Counted from the first letter of the stretch, positions 1 through 11,586 are shown. The stretch is DNA of 64,000 bases from Nitrosopumilus sp. (GCA_965203315.1 OZ241857.1:512001-576000), one strand, 5' to 3'. A program made the numbers and translations. The notes: generated by a model not told the origin, from the letters alone.

Positions 1-34
1 TAATCACAACGTAACAGAAACGTTTTCTACCATA

Positions 35-775
35 GTGAAAACGGTAGATGAAATACATCAAGGAGAAATACAAATACGCCCTCAATACATATACCAAAAA
101 CCACATAGAACATATTTAGTAACATATGAAACTAATTCACTACCAACTTTTTCCATTCTTGTTAGAACCAATCCAGATACTAATCAACTATGTTTTTACA
201 ACGCACCAAAACTATCCAAACCTCTTGCTGATTTTGTAAAAGAAGATGATAATCCACAGACATATGTAGATCGATACAACGATGAAGAAGACCCATTTAA
301 GAATTGGTTCGATGCAAACTATCCCCAGTACGACTCCATCTATGAAGCAGTTGGTTTACACCACCCTTCAGTTATACCACCTTTAACACCAATAGAACAA
401 CCAAAGACCAAACTACAGATAGCTAATGAACAGATAGATGAATTAGAAACCAAGAAAGAGAAACAGAAAGACAAAAAAGACCAATGGAAACAACGAATGC
501 AAGAATTCAAAGAGGATTTGAGAATGGCATTTGACACAGATACCAAGACTAAAGAACACTTGATACAATTAGCAGAATCATGCAAAGATGCCACAACCGA
601 ACTATCTGATTTACAGTCTAGATTTACTATACTAGAATCAAACTCTACACAAACTCAATCTCAACTGAATGAAGCCTTGTTTACCATAGAGAAATTGACA
701 ACAGAACTGAATGAAGCCAAAAAGAAGATAGAAGAAGTAGAGACCGAGAATCAAGAATTACGAGATGCAAGTTGA
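35..775 (+). CDS. hypothetical protein with C-terminal coiled coil
   Basis: 246-aa ORF with E/K/Q-rich heptad C-terminal half; no family recognised. Confidence 0.6.
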   Translation: MKTVDEIHQGEIQIRPQYIYQKPHRTYLVTYETNSLPTFSILVRTNPDTNQLCFYNAPKLSKPLADFVKEDDNPQTYVDRYNDEEDPFKNWFDANYPQYDSIYEAVGLHHPSVIPPLTPIEQPKTKLQIANEQIDELETKKEKQKDKKDQWKQRMQEFKEDLRMAFDTDTKTKEHLIQLAESCKDATTELSDLQSRFTILESNSTQTQSQLNEALFTIEKLTTELNEAKKKIEEVETENQELRDAS

Positions 776-1023
776 TCCCTTTCATCTCACTGATTAAAAT
801 GAATAAATGTACAATAAAAACAAAATATTGTACAATGCCAACCAATAAACTACTTGCTGCATTAACCCCCGTAGCCATGAGAGATCATTCCAGATCATTC
901 ATTAGATAAAGAAATTTTAATTGGGGGTGTCCCCCCTTAACAGCACATTCCGATAACAAGGAAAATGACATCAGACTCAATATTGTAAAATTCGTTGAAC
1001 GTCACAAAGATGACAAATATGAG

Positions 1024-2733
1024 ATGGGTGAAGCTCAATTATTTCTATCCGAGTTTCTGCAATGTTTTGGAATCGATCCAAAAGAAGCCAAATTCGAGCA
1101 TCATCCCAAACAGGGATCCAAAGATCGCATAGACATGTTGTTGCCAGGCAAGCTTTTAGTCGAAATGAAATCAGCTAAAAAAGACATCATAGGTGCATTA
1201 AATCAGGCTGAAAGATACAACGGAATGCTACAACGAAGCGATCAACCTGATTTTTTACTTGCATGTAATTTTCAAGGATGGCGACTGCTAGATAAACGAG
1301 ACAATTCAGAATATCCGTTCAACATACATTGGTTGGTAGAGAACATTGGTCTTTTCTACTTTTTACTAGGTAAACCCATATTTGTAAAAACAGATCCAGT
1401 AAATGAAAAAGCTACCAAAATAATGTCCCAAATACATGAATCATTAAAAAAAGATACTGAAAAATCTGGAGAGGGTGCTATTGATTTTCTACTCACTAGA
1501 TTAGCGTTCTGTCTATTTGCAGATAATACAGGTATTTTTGAAACGAATAGTTTTCAAGAATATATCAAGAATGTTAAAAATGGTAGTGATGTTCGCATGA
1601 ATTTAGAGAGATTATTTGAGATATTAGATACACCAAAAGAAAAGAGATCCAAATCCATACGTGAACGATTTAATAAATTTCAATACATAGATGGTGATCT
1701 ATTTAATATGAAAAAAATGAATTTTGATAATCCTAAAGTAAAAATGCGAATTCCAGAGTTTACTGATAAAACACGAGAATTGCTTATTAAAGCAGGTGAA
1801 TATGATTGGTCCAAAGTCAGTCCAGCTATATTTGGTTCCATGTTTCAAAATGTTATTTCAGAAAATGATAAAAAAACTAACAGAGACAGTAGACGTGAGA
1901 TGGGTGCTCACTATACCACAGAAGAAAATATACGTAAGGTTATAGTACCATTGTTTCTCAAAGATCTAAATCATGAATTTAACAAGATTAATGAGTCTAA
2001 TTCTCAAGACAAATTAACAAAGTACAAAGAATTACGAGACAAAATGTCCAAATTAACATTTTTTGATCCTGCGTGTGGGTCGGGTAACTTTTTATCAATA
2101 ACATACAAAGAGTTGAGGCGTCTCGAAATGCGTATAATAACAGAAATGAGAATCATTAACCCTAAAACAAAAATAGAGTCCAAATTGGATGTGCATCAAT
2201 TTTATGGTATAGAGATAAATAGGTTTTCTTCTAAAATAGCAGAAGTATCAATATGGATGATGGATCATTTAATGAATCGTGAATTATCTGTACAGTTTGA
2301 GCTACCTGCGTATAGGTTTCCGCTCGAAAAGAAGCCACATATTCATAATGTGGACGCCCTTGGTGTAAATTGGAATGATATTTTACCTTCTGATAAATGT
2401 GATTATATTTTAGGGAATCCACCATTTGGTGGATATGCCACAATATCTGAAGAACAAAAAATTAGAATAGCATCATTATATAGTAAATATGATATCAAAG
2501 ATGTAAATAAATTAGATTTTGTATGCGGTTGGTTTATCAAATCTGGAGAATACTGCAATGATAAGAATAATACAAAAATAGGTTTAGTTTCTACAAATTC
2601 TATTACACAAGGTGAACAAGTATACCCATTATGGACAATTTTGCTTGATAAATTACAATTATATATAAATTTCGCATACAAATCATTTCCATGGTCATCC
2701 GAAACTAAGGAGTTCATGCGAAAGTCGTTTTGA
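1024..2733 (+). pseudogene. MmeI-like type IIG/IIL restriction-modification enzyme, N-terminal part (IS-interrupted)
   Basis: RIDMLLPGKLLVEMKS nuclease motif, GAHYT, FFDPACGSGNF, GNPPF; broken at 2709 by IS5 element; homologous frame extends upstream to about 961. Confidence 0.88.
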
Positions 2734-4245
2734 AGACTCGGGACGCCTAGCAACAAAGACATTCCAAATTATAAAGTGATCTCAGGTTTGTGATCTGTGC
2801 AATTGTACAATTATACATGTAGAGTCAAAACAGTGAATTATACCTTGATATCTTACAATATCATTCTATAAATCACAATGTTGGTGCGTATTATTTACGC
2901 AACTATTCGGTGAGATAATTTCATCTTTTTTAGTTTAGCCTGTTTTTTACGGTTTATCTTTACTCTCCATGCTGCAACAAGCTCTTCTAATCTAGGACTA
3001 GGTCTGCCGTGTTCATGATCCCAAAGAACGTGATAGTTGACCAGTGTAGATGCCATCTTGAAGGCATCGTTGTATTGGTCGTCATCTCCTCGGAACATGT
3101 TGAACAAGAGTTTAAACTGCTTTACACATCCAACTACGTGTTCTACTGTGGCGCGTTCACTGTCTATCTTTTTGTTGTATATCTCTTGTTCTTTTGTGAG
3201 TTGCCCACCTTTGGGTTTCTTGTATTTTATGCCTATCTTGGCACCTACAAAGATATCTCGAATCCCTAGGAATCCCAGATCTACTAGAATGTACAGTCTT
3301 TGGCGAAGTGGAGTGTTTGGATCTGTTAACGACATGGACCACTTGCCAAGATTCAGTTTGAGCTCTTTGAATATGCTGAAATCGTGTGTCTTACCAGGAA
3401 ACGTAGGAGACACATGTACTATCAGTCTCTCTTTTGTACACATCAATAGAGTATTTACCGTATGCATCTTTTTTTTGCCTGATTTGTAGTCATTGCGTAT
3501 CTCTCTATCTACGGGTGTTGGAACACGAGTGTGTGATCCATCGAACAAGAATGTATGATCCTTTACCCATTTTGCAAGCTCTTTCTTTGTCTTGCATTTA
3601 CTTATCGCATTTGCCAACTCGTCTGGCGAAAAACCCAAACTTTGAAAAAACTGATTCATGTATGTACAGTACCGGGACACATTACTCTGATCTATACCAA
3701 ATCTACTGGCAAGATGGCACTGACTGTGACCACTTACCAGTCTCAGAATTGCCAAGAGCATGGCATACTCGGGAGTTAGTTTGGATATTCTTCCACGCAC
3801 TATGAGAACATTACGAAACTGTCTGTGAACATCTGCTGCCGGTATCCATTCTATAAACAGGCCGAGCAAAAAGTTAAACATGTCAAAATCCAGCTTTGTA
3901 TGCTCCCATAGAGTCTTTTCATTGCTAAGAATATTCTTACATGGAGGGAGCTCGAGTTCTTTTTTTGCTGCTTTGAGCTGTTCTTCTGCTATATCTGCAC
4001 GTTCTTCGGCTGCTTTGAGTCGTTGTTCAAGCACTAGTTCCTTGTTCGAGTTAGCCATACTCTTGTTTATTCAAATTGGTATTTACCATAGAGTGTCTTA
4101 AAAAATTGTCTTGTTGCGTATTCTATTTTTGGTTAATTTTTTACTCCTCCTCAGATACACGAAACCCGCAATAACTCGGAGAATTTAGTCAGATTTGACC
4201 CATCACACATCATATGTGCCTGAAAATGACTTTCGCATGAACTCC
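2709..4245 (-). mobile_element. IS5-family (ISL2/Harbinger-like) element, copy 1
   Basis: TIR GGAGTTCATGCGAAAGTC at both ends; TAA target duplication at 2706-2708 and 4246-4248. Confidence 0.93.
2895..4058 (-). CDS. IS5-family DDE_Tnp_4-like transposase
   Basis: FDGS, GKTHD, VDLGFLG, ERATVEHVVG motifs; HTH LASRFGIDQSNVSRY. Confidence 0.92.
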   Translation of the reverse strand: MANSNKELVLEQRLKAAEERADIAEEQLKAAKKELELPPCKNILSNEKTLWEHTKLDFDMFNFLLGLFIEWIPAADVHRQFRNVLIVRGRISKLTPEYAMLLAILRLVSGHSQCHLASRFGIDQSNVSRYCTYMNQFFQSLGFSPDELANAISKCKTKKELAKWVKDHTFLFDGSHTRVPTPVDREIRNDYKSGKKKMHTVNTLLMCTKERLIVHVSPTFPGKTHDFSIFKELKLNLGKWSMSLTDPNTPLRQRLYILVDLGFLGIRDIFVGAKIGIKYKKPKGGQLTKEQEIYNKKIDSERATVEHVVGCVKQFKLLFNMFRGDDDQYNDAFKMASTLVNYHVLWDHEHGRPSPRLEELVAAWRVKINRKKQAKLKKMKLSHRIVA

Positions 4246-4276
4246 TAAGAACAAGGCTGCGGTATCAGTTATCATA

Positions 4277-5245
4277 TTGGGTTTGTCCAAAATAAATGAG
4301 CCAATAAAATATCTTTATGATAACGGATCGAATAAAAATTGTACATATATTACACCATATCTTAATAATACAAATAAAAAAAGACCAATTGTTCAATTAA
4401 GTAAAAAAATAAACAAATTACCAGAAATGGTTTTAGGAATATCACCATTAGATGAAGGTCATTACATTTTTTCTAAAGAAGAAAGAGATGAATTTTTAAA
4501 GAAAGAACCAAAAGCCAAAAAATATATGATGCCATTCTTAGATGGTAGGACATTCATTAATGGAGGAATGAGATATATTTTGGCATTGCAAGATTGTCCT
4601 CCTAATGAACTACGAAAAATGTCACATGTTGTGGAGCGAGTAAAATTAGTTAAAGAGTTTCGCTCAAAGAGTAAACGCAACAGAACAAAAAAACTGGCAG
4701 ATACTCCTTTACTATACGATACTAATAACAAATTACCTGACAAATCATTTTTAGTTATACCACGAGTTAGTTCTGAGCATAGAAAGTATGTACCAATTGA
4801 TTTTATAGAACCACCAACAATTCCAATGGAAAAGCTTAGAATTATACCAAATGCTACTTTAGAGATCTTTGGACTATTAACTAGTAAAATGCACATGATT
4901 TGGTTGGCAAGTATAGGTGGTAGATTAGGTACTGGATTTAGTTATTCAACAAGCGTATATAACACATTTCCTGTTCCAAATGGAAACTGGTGTAAATTAA
5001 AAAAATATGCACAAGACATATTGGATATTCGTGATCAATATGAAAAATCCACAATGGCAGATCTATACGACCCAGACACAATGCCACATGAATTGCTTAA
5101 AGCCCATCATACATTAGATAAAATAGTAGAAAAACTATATCGTGACAAACCATTTAAAGACGATGATGAGAGACTAGAATTCTTATTAAATGAATATGTT
5201 AGAATAGTTGGGACAGAAACAACAATAGAAGAATATCCAACATAA
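4277..5245 (+). pseudogene. MmeI-like RM enzyme, C-terminal target-recognition part
   Basis: IPRVSSEHRKYVPI and MADLYDPDTMP motifs; removing the IS restores ...SETKNKAAVSVIILG in frame. Confidence 0.88.
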
Positions 5246-5321
5246 ATCCAAAATATACTAATCACACAAACAACAGTATCTCCCAACTCTTTATATTATA
5301 TCACGACGCTTCGTCCCCGCA

Positions 5322-6443
5322 ATGAACGCAAGAACTCAGAAATCGATAGAGATCATGAACACGGAAGGACATTGTTCCCAGATCGATAGAGACACGTTTA
5401 GTGTCAGATCTCAGACCAACCACGACATACGGTACAACGTATCAAGAACGGATCGCGGTCTAGTATGTGAGTGTCCCGATCACCGATACCGCAAAGCAGA
5501 TTGCAAACACATCAAGGTTGTTCTACACATTATAAAAAAGAACAAGTGTTGGCAGAATAACACTGTTCGAGTCATGGAACGATCTCAACTACTCTTATGT
5601 AAGAAATGCGATTCTGGTAGAACAATCAAAAAGGGATTCCGAAACACAAAGAGAGGCAAAGTACAATTGTTTTGGTGCAAAGATTGCAAAAGTCGTTTTA
5701 CCCCCAATCACGGCTTTGAGAAAAAACAGTTTGATGATGAAATCATAACTGACACAATGCAGATATACAATCAGGGGAACTCTGTAAGAGACATTGCAAA
5801 CCACTTTGAGATGAAGGGAATCAATGTAAACCCTAGTACCATATATCGCTGGGTATCAGAGTATGGCAAAGAATCATGTGTGTATCTTGATAGTATCATA
5901 CCGCGAGTTGGTAAATGGTATCGAGCCGACGAGTTATACCTCAAGATATCGGGACAGCAACGACACTTGTACAGTTCCATGGACGATGATACCAGATACT
6001 GGATCACTCACGAACTAGCTGATTCCAAGTACATGCATAACACAGATCAGTTTCTACATCAGACTCTGGAACAAACTGGCAAACGACCAACTAATTTCAT
6101 AACTGATGGTCTACCTGCATACGAAAAGTCTAGCAAACGTGTATTCGGCAAAGAGACACGACACATCAAACACATTCACTTGACAGGCAAACGATCAAGA
6201 GATAACAACAACAAGATGGAACGATTGAATGGTACAATCCGAGATCGAGAGGTAGCATTTCGAGGACTCAAGAACGACGATACAAACCTCATCGATGGAT
6301 TCAGAACATTCTACAACTGTACCAAAAAACATGAGGGTCTGGGAGGCAAGACTCCAGCTGAAGAAGCACTGATCTTGATCGATGGACCCAACAAGTGGAA
6401 GACGATCATTCAGAATGCGAGTCTGTACAAGAGATCGTTTTAA
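5322..6443 (+). CDS. IS6-family transposase with N-terminal SWIM finger and Zn ribbon
   Basis: CECPD..CKH SWIM; CKKC/CKDC; WYRADE, ITDGL, NNNKMERLNG DDE core. Confidence 0.9.
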   Translation: MNARTQKSIEIMNTEGHCSQIDRDTFSVRSQTNHDIRYNVSRTDRGLVCECPDHRYRKADCKHIKVVLHIIKKNKCWQNNTVRVMERSQLLLCKKCDSGRTIKKGFRNTKRGKVQLFWCKDCKSRFTPNHGFEKKQFDDEIITDTMQIYNQGNSVRDIANHFEMKGINVNPSTIYRWVSEYGKESCVYLDSIIPRVGKWYRADELYLKISGQQRHLYSSMDDDTRYWITHELADSKYMHNTDQFLHQTLEQTGKRPTNFITDGLPAYEKSSKRVFGKETRHIKHIHLTGKRSRDNNNKMERLNGTIRDREVAFRGLKNDDTNLIDGFRTFYNCTKKHEGLGGKTPAEEALILIDGPNKWKTIIQNASLYKRSF

Positions 6444-6642
6444 CCTTTCTTTTTTATACACAAACGTTAAGGTAGATTTCATAATCATTCGTCTAAAATT
6501 CGCAGGTCTCGAAGATGCAACAGAACCGATATTTGGAGTATAAATTATGTAATTTTTTAGTTTTTTATCATGATAATTTTGCTGAGTATAATTCCACGAA
6601 CTCCCCCAAATTCCAAATACCCCCAGATAAGTTAAAAGAACC
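6444..6642. mobile_element. IS6-type element ends (GATGCAACAGAACC ending 6527; GATAAGTTAAAAGAACC ending 6642)
   Basis: 6444-6527 is repeated after the second IS6 gene (26167-26246); 6626-6642 is nearly the reverse complement of GGTTCTTTTAACTTAAC at 63164. Confidence 0.65.
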
Positions 6643-6702
6643 TATTGATCTATGGCGTTGTTCATGTTCACATAATATTCTGATCTTTTGTTTAATGTTT
6701 AT

Positions 6703-7650
6703 CTAATTTGTACTTGACTGATCTATGATTTTACGCAAGACTCGAATATGTTCTGGTGTTGTTCCACAACAACCACCTATGATACGAATCTTTCTGTAGC
6801 GTTTAACAAAGTCTCTTAAAATCTCACCCATGCTCTCTGGAGTCATAGCGTATATTGCAGTTCCTCCATCATTCTCAGGCATTCCTGCATTTGGTACCAC
6901 GAGGATACCGTGCTCATCTTGCTCATCGAGCCATGCTACACTGGGTGTCATCTCTACCGGACCTGTAGAACAGTTTAAGCCAAAGATATCTATTCCCATA
7001 TCGGATACGGTGGTATATGCAGCTTGAATAGTTGTTCCAAGCAACATCTTGCCATATTGATCTAGTGTAACATTTGCAATGATCGGCACTTTGCTATCTG
7101 TCTCTGACATGGCTTGTTGTGATGACTCGATCGCAAGTTTTACTTCTAGTATATCTTGACTGGTCTCGATCAGTAGTGCATCTACGCCTCCGAGAATTAG
7201 ACCTTTGGCTTGTAGTTTGAATGCATCACGAATATCATCTAGTGTTATCTGACCCAAATCTGGATCATCAGAACTAGGTAAGAATCCTGTTGGTCCCATA
7301 GAGCCAATCACATAACGATCAGCGTACTTGTCAGCTGTGTCACGTGCAAGTTTTGCAATATCGTGATTGATCTCTACAGTTCTATCGCCAAATCCGTACT
7401 CGTCTAGCTTTATCTTGTTTGATCCAAAAGAGTTTGTCTCGATGCAATCTGCTCCCGCAGCTAGATAACTATCATGAATTGCGGTAATCCATTCTGGATG
7501 TGTCAATACTAGTCCATCGTTAAAGCCAGCCTGATCATTTGGAAAGTCTCGTGGTTCTGGATTGTATCTCTGTATCTCTGTTCCCATCGCTCCGTCGAAT
7601 AACAACACTCTGGACTCTAGCGCAGATAGGAATGGTGTCTTGTTTGGCAA
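6703..7650 (-). CDS. homocysteine S-methyltransferase (stand-alone MetH Hcy-binding domain)
   Basis: FDGAMGTEIQ, GLNCSTGP, PNAGMP, GGCCGTTPEHI. Confidence 0.92.
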   Translation of the reverse strand: MPNKTPFLSALESRVLLFDGAMGTEIQRYNPEPRDFPNDQAGFNDGLVLTHPEWITAIHDSYLAAGADCIETNSFGSNKIKLDEYGFGDRTVEINHDIAKLARDTADKYADRYVIGSMGPTGFLPSSDDPDLGQITLDDIRDAFKLQAKGLILGGVDALLIETSQDILEVKLAIESSQQAMSETDSKVPIIANVTLDQYGKMLLGTTIQAAYTTVSDMGIDIFGLNCSTGPVEMTPSVAWLDEQDEHGILVVPNAGMPENDGGTAIYAMTPESMGEILRDFVKRYRKIRIIGGCCGTTPEHIRVLRKIIDQSSTN

Positions 7651-7870
7651 GTTGATCTAGAGTGATTTGTATATGATTTAATTTTTATGTATATTGTGCT
7701 TCACTAGATCGACTCTTTTATAGCAGAGATAGTTCTAGTAATATCGATCTACAACCATGACGTTGTAAAACAGAATTCTAGAACGCACATATAACTCGAC
7801 AGACCACAAGTACATCAAGTATACCGAATCTATTGATTCACAGAATCTAGAATGTTGAAATTAGCCTACA

Positions 7871-8989
7871 ATGTCACGAATTGTAACATTAATGCAACAT
7901 GTTCAAGTTAACAACCTAATTCGAGCTGCAACGTTCTTTCAGAATGCTGGTATCGCCATAGTCTTTGTATTTATGCCAATAATTGCACGTGACGTTACTA
8001 GTTCGATACTAGAGATTGGTCTAGTAGTGGCATCTTTTAGTTTTGCACAAATTCTAGCAGAGATGTATTTTGGTAGGTACTCTGACAAGCTGGGAGTCCG
8101 ACTATTGTTTATACGGGTGGGCTTTATTGGCTGCGCAATAGCGTTTGGCCTACACATATTTGCAGATGATCTCACTACCTTGTTTCTTGCAAGAGTCGGT
8201 GCAGGAATAGCAAGTGGCATAATGATTCCGGCTCTGATAGCATATGCATATGAAGCAAACATTCAAGCAAAACGAGCCGCGACCATAGTGTCTTTTCATG
8301 CACTAGGGTGGCTAGTAGGTATTGGAGCAGGAGGTTTTGTAACCGAACTAGATATGATCTTTTTGATCAGTGCGGCTGCGTTTCTAGTGGGTTTGGCGTT
8401 TACTGCTAGATTGCCTAGCCCAAAACAGCAGATCGAAGAGTCGGGTGCAACTAGACGCATAATCAGAGAGAACAAGTTCCTCTTTCTATCTCTGTTACTG
8501 CGTCATACTGGCGCAACATCTGTCTGGACGATCCTTCCTATAATGATAGTTGAAGAGCTGGGCGGTCAAATATTTCACATCTCTGTAGTGTATGTCGCAA
8601 ACACGCTAACTGCTTTCATACTGATGAATCTGATGGCAAGTAGAATAAAGATATCTGATGTAACAAAGTTCAAGATTGGAATAGGCTGTACTGCGTTTGT
8701 CTTTGTAGGATTGTCATTTGCAACAGAGTGGTGGATGACTATGCCGTTTATGTCTCTGGTCGGCGCAACGTGGGCATTTCTGTTTATTGGTGGCAACTTT
8801 TATCTCATGGCAAACAATCCTCACTCTACATCTACGGGAATATTCAGTTCAACCATATCTATTGCAACTGTTATCGGCCCTGTGATATCTGGGATGATAG
8901 CATTTGCGTATGGATATACGTGGGTCATGTACTTTGCAATTGCAGTGATCGTCTGTGCCTTTATGATATCGCTCAAGATAAAGGGTTAG
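7871..8989 (+). CDS. MFS transporter
   Basis: about 12 hydrophobic segments; GRYSDKLG motif A. Confidence 0.88.
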   Translation: MSRIVTLMQHVQVNNLIRAATFFQNAGIAIVFVFMPIIARDVTSSILEIGLVVASFSFAQILAEMYFGRYSDKLGVRLLFIRVGFIGCAIAFGLHIFADDLTTLFLARVGAGIASGIMIPALIAYAYEANIQAKRAATIVSFHALGWLVGIGAGGFVTELDMIFLISAAAFLVGLAFTARLPSPKQQIEESGATRRIIRENKFLFLSLLLRHTGATSVWTILPIMIVEELGGQIFHISVVYVANTLTAFILMNLMASRIKISDVTKFKIGIGCTAFVFVGLSFATEWWMTMPFMSLVGATWAFLFIGGNFYLMANNPHSTSTGIFSSTISIATVIGPVISGMIAFAYGYTWVMYFAIAVIVCAFMISLKIKG

Positions 8990-9086
8990 GCTAGATGATG
9001 ATACAGTAAATTTAAGTTGAACCTTTATGATATCGCTCAAAGGTTAGGTTAGACATTATCATGTTCTAAAACTTTATGATATCTGT

Positions 9087-9848
9087 CTAGCCTAGACCCC
9101 ATCTACGCATGACCTTGTTCTCGACTCGCTTGAATACAATGCCGTCGATCGTCAAGCCGATTCCCATTATCACCAACATTATGGCAATGACTTGTGATAC
9201 ATCTACTAGTGATCGTGCAGCATATAGTAACTGGCCTAGACCCAAGAAAGCAAAGAGCATCTCTGCACCAATTACACCACGCCACGCAAATGCCCAACCT
9301 TGTTTAAATCCTGATATCATGTATGGAAACGCGGCTGGAATCAGAACTGATGTGATCAGCTGGCTACCTTTGGCACCCATATTTCTGGCTGCTTCGATAT
9401 AGTGAGGATCAATGTTTCTCACTCCTGTGTATGTGTTTATAGTAACTGCAAATATCGCTCCAATTGCTACCACGAATATTATTCCTAGATCGGTTAGTCC
9501 ATACCAGAGTATTGCTAGTGGTACCCATGCAATAGATGGTATCGATTGGAGACCAAGTACTAGCGAGCCGAGTGTCTGGTTTATTACCTCTTTACGAGCC
9601 ATCAGTATGCCTAGTGTGATTCCGCCTACGATTGCTATCGCTAGTCCTATCAACAGTCTGGCCATACTGGTCGCAACACCATACACTAGACTGCCATCCA
9701 TGATACCATGTGCCAGATCTTCAGCTACCTCGTACGGAGATGGAAAGACATTGCTAGGCCAGATATTTATCATGGCAATAGTCTGCCAGACTAGAACCAC
9801 ACCAATATAGAATGCAATCCTGTACAGCAAGTATCGTGCCATGATCAT
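9087..9848 (-). CDS. sulfonate/nitrate/taurine-type ABC permease
   Basis: EAARNMGA loop, IPSIAWVPLAILWYG. Confidence 0.9.
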   Translation of the reverse strand: MIMARYLLYRIAFYIGVVLVWQTIAMINIWPSNVFPSPYEVAEDLAHGIMDGSLVYGVATSMARLLIGLAIAIVGGITLGILMARKEVINQTLGSLVLGLQSIPSIAWVPLAILWYGLTDLGIIFVVAIGAIFAVTINTYTGVRNIDPHYIEAARNMGAKGSQLITSVLIPAAFPYMISGFKQGWAFAWRGVIGAEMLFAFLGLGQLLYAARSLVDVSQVIAIMLVIMGIGLTIDGIVFKRVENKVMRRWGLG

Positions 9849-10600
9849 CGACCTGTCTCTGGTCTTAGCTCAGCACGAATCTCTTGTTGGATAGATTCAA
9901 ACGACCCGTCGCCTGCGGTTCTTGGCCATGGCAATGTGTTGATCATCTCACGTTTGATGCGCGATGGTCTACCGGTAAATACGGCAATCTTTGTAGCCAG
10001 AGTTGCAGCTTCTGCAACATTGTGTGTTACAAAGAGGATCGTCTTCTTTGTCTTCTTCCAGATCAACTGCATCTCCATCAGTAACAACTCCCTCGTCTGA
10101 TCGTCTAGTGCTGCAAACGGTTCATCCATCAATAATACGTCTGGATCCATGGCCAATGCTCTTGCGATTGCAACACGTTGCTTCATTCCGGTTGATAGTT
10201 GATATGTATCCGAGTCTGCAAACTTTGTCAACTGCATCATGTCTAGATATCTACGGGATATCTTTGCACGCTCTTGTTTCGGAATGTTTGCCATGCGCAA
10301 TCCAAACTCAACATTATCTTGGACTTTAAGCCAGGGGAATAGCGCCCCTTCTTGAAAGACCATGATCCTCTCTGGACTAGGTTCTACAACCGGGTGACCG
10401 TCAAAGAGTATCTCACCTTCATCAGGACTATCTAGTCCTGCTACAATTCGTAGAAATGTAGATTTACCACAACCTGACGGACCCACCAAACATACAAAGT
10501 CGCCTGCAGCAACCTTGATATCTATGCCACCTAGTGCTTTGAGATTATGACTGCCATGTGAAAAATATTTTGATATCCCTCTCGCCTCAAGTTTCGTCAT
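9845..10600 (-). CDS. sulfonate/nitrate-type ABC ATPase
   Basis: GPSGCGKST, LSTGMKQR, LLMDEPF. Confidence 0.93.
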   Translation of the reverse strand: MTKLEARGISKYFSHGSHNLKALGGIDIKVAAGDFVCLVGPSGCGKSTFLRIVAGLDSPDEGEILFDGHPVVEPSPERIMVFQEGALFPWLKVQDNVEFGLRMANIPKQERAKISRRYLDMMQLTKFADSDTYQLSTGMKQRVAIARALAMDPDVLLMDEPFAALDDQTRELLLMEMQLIWKKTKKTILFVTHNVAEAATLATKIAVFTGRPSRIKREMINTLPWPRTAGDGSFESIQQEIRAELRPETGR

Positions 10601-11586
10601 ACTAGATCACCTGCCTCGTAAAAGATTTTATCAATGTTATATCCGTCTCTACCTAGATAACCTAACGCGTCTGCTTGTCTAGCAAATTCATGCACAGATT
10701 CTGATAGCGGATCTGACGTTACTATGATATTTGATAGGGCGATATCCACAATATGGTCGGACAGGGGCTGTCCTAGATATGATTTAAGGAATCTGTTGAA
10801 TGTGTCTCTGGTCTCTATGGGTTTCTCATTGATCCATGCAATTGCATCATTATGTGCAGATATAAAATTCGACACTGTTGATGGATTTGCACGAATATAC
10901 CTTATATCGCCTACAAGTAACACAGACGCAAACCTTTCATTGGCCCACAACTCTTCTTCATAGAATAACCGTTTACCTCCAAGTTCAATCTCTAGTATGG
11001 TTGCCCACGGCTCTGCAACCCACGCTCCATCTATATCTCCCTTTGCAAACAGAGTATAGATATCTGGATTTGGAATATTGTATATTATAACTGAGCCGCC
11101 TCTCTCTGCTGGGAACAAGCCATATGACTTTAGTGCATTACGTAGTGATACATCTTGTGTATTTCCTATCTGAGGAGCAGCTATTCGTTTTCCATCAAAG
11201 TCAGATATATCTAGTATGGCCGAGTCGGACTGCACTACAAAACTGGCTCCTCCACTAGCCGATCCTGATAGAATTCTGATGTTTTCATTAGAGTTTAGGA
11301 ATCCATTGATTGCAGGTCCTGGCCCAACATATGCTAGATCAATAGATCCTGCAAAGAGAGACTCTATGGTCTGTGGCCCACTATCGAATATTCGAGCTTC
11401 TAGAGTTACATTGCCCATCTTTTTTTCAAAAAGTCCTTGCTCAACACCAACTATTGGTGCTATATGACCAATGTTTGGAAAGTATGCTACTCGAAGCGTC
11501 TCGTTTTTTGTATCCTCTTGACTCAGAGATACTATCACACCTATGGTTATACATATGCCTGTCAATATGCCTAATATGATCTTCAT
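10597..11586 (-). CDS. SsuA-like ABC substrate-binding protein
   Basis: N-terminal anchor, LRVAYFPNIGH, DGAWVAEPW; overlaps ATPase gene. Confidence 0.88.
   Translation of the reverse strand: MKIILGILTGICITIGVIVSLSQEDTKNETLRVAYFPNIGHIAPIVGVEQGLFEKKMGNVTLEARIFDSGPQTIESLFAGSIDLAYVGPGPAINGFLNSNENIRILSGSASGGASFVVQSDSAILDISDFDGKRIAAPQIGNTQDVSLRNALKSYGLFPAERGGSVIIYNIPNPDIYTLFAKGDIDGAWVAEPWATILEIELGGKRLFYEEELWANERFASVLLVGDIRYIRANPSTVSNFISAHNDAIAWINEKPIETRDTFNRFLKSYLGQPLSDHIVDIALSNIIVTSDPLSESVHEFARQADALGYLGRDGYNIDKIFYEAGDLV

Noticed and set aside
8958-9085. CRISPR-like mini-array
   Set aside because: Repeats are degenerate, unevenly spaced and copy a gene end; no cas genes in the window
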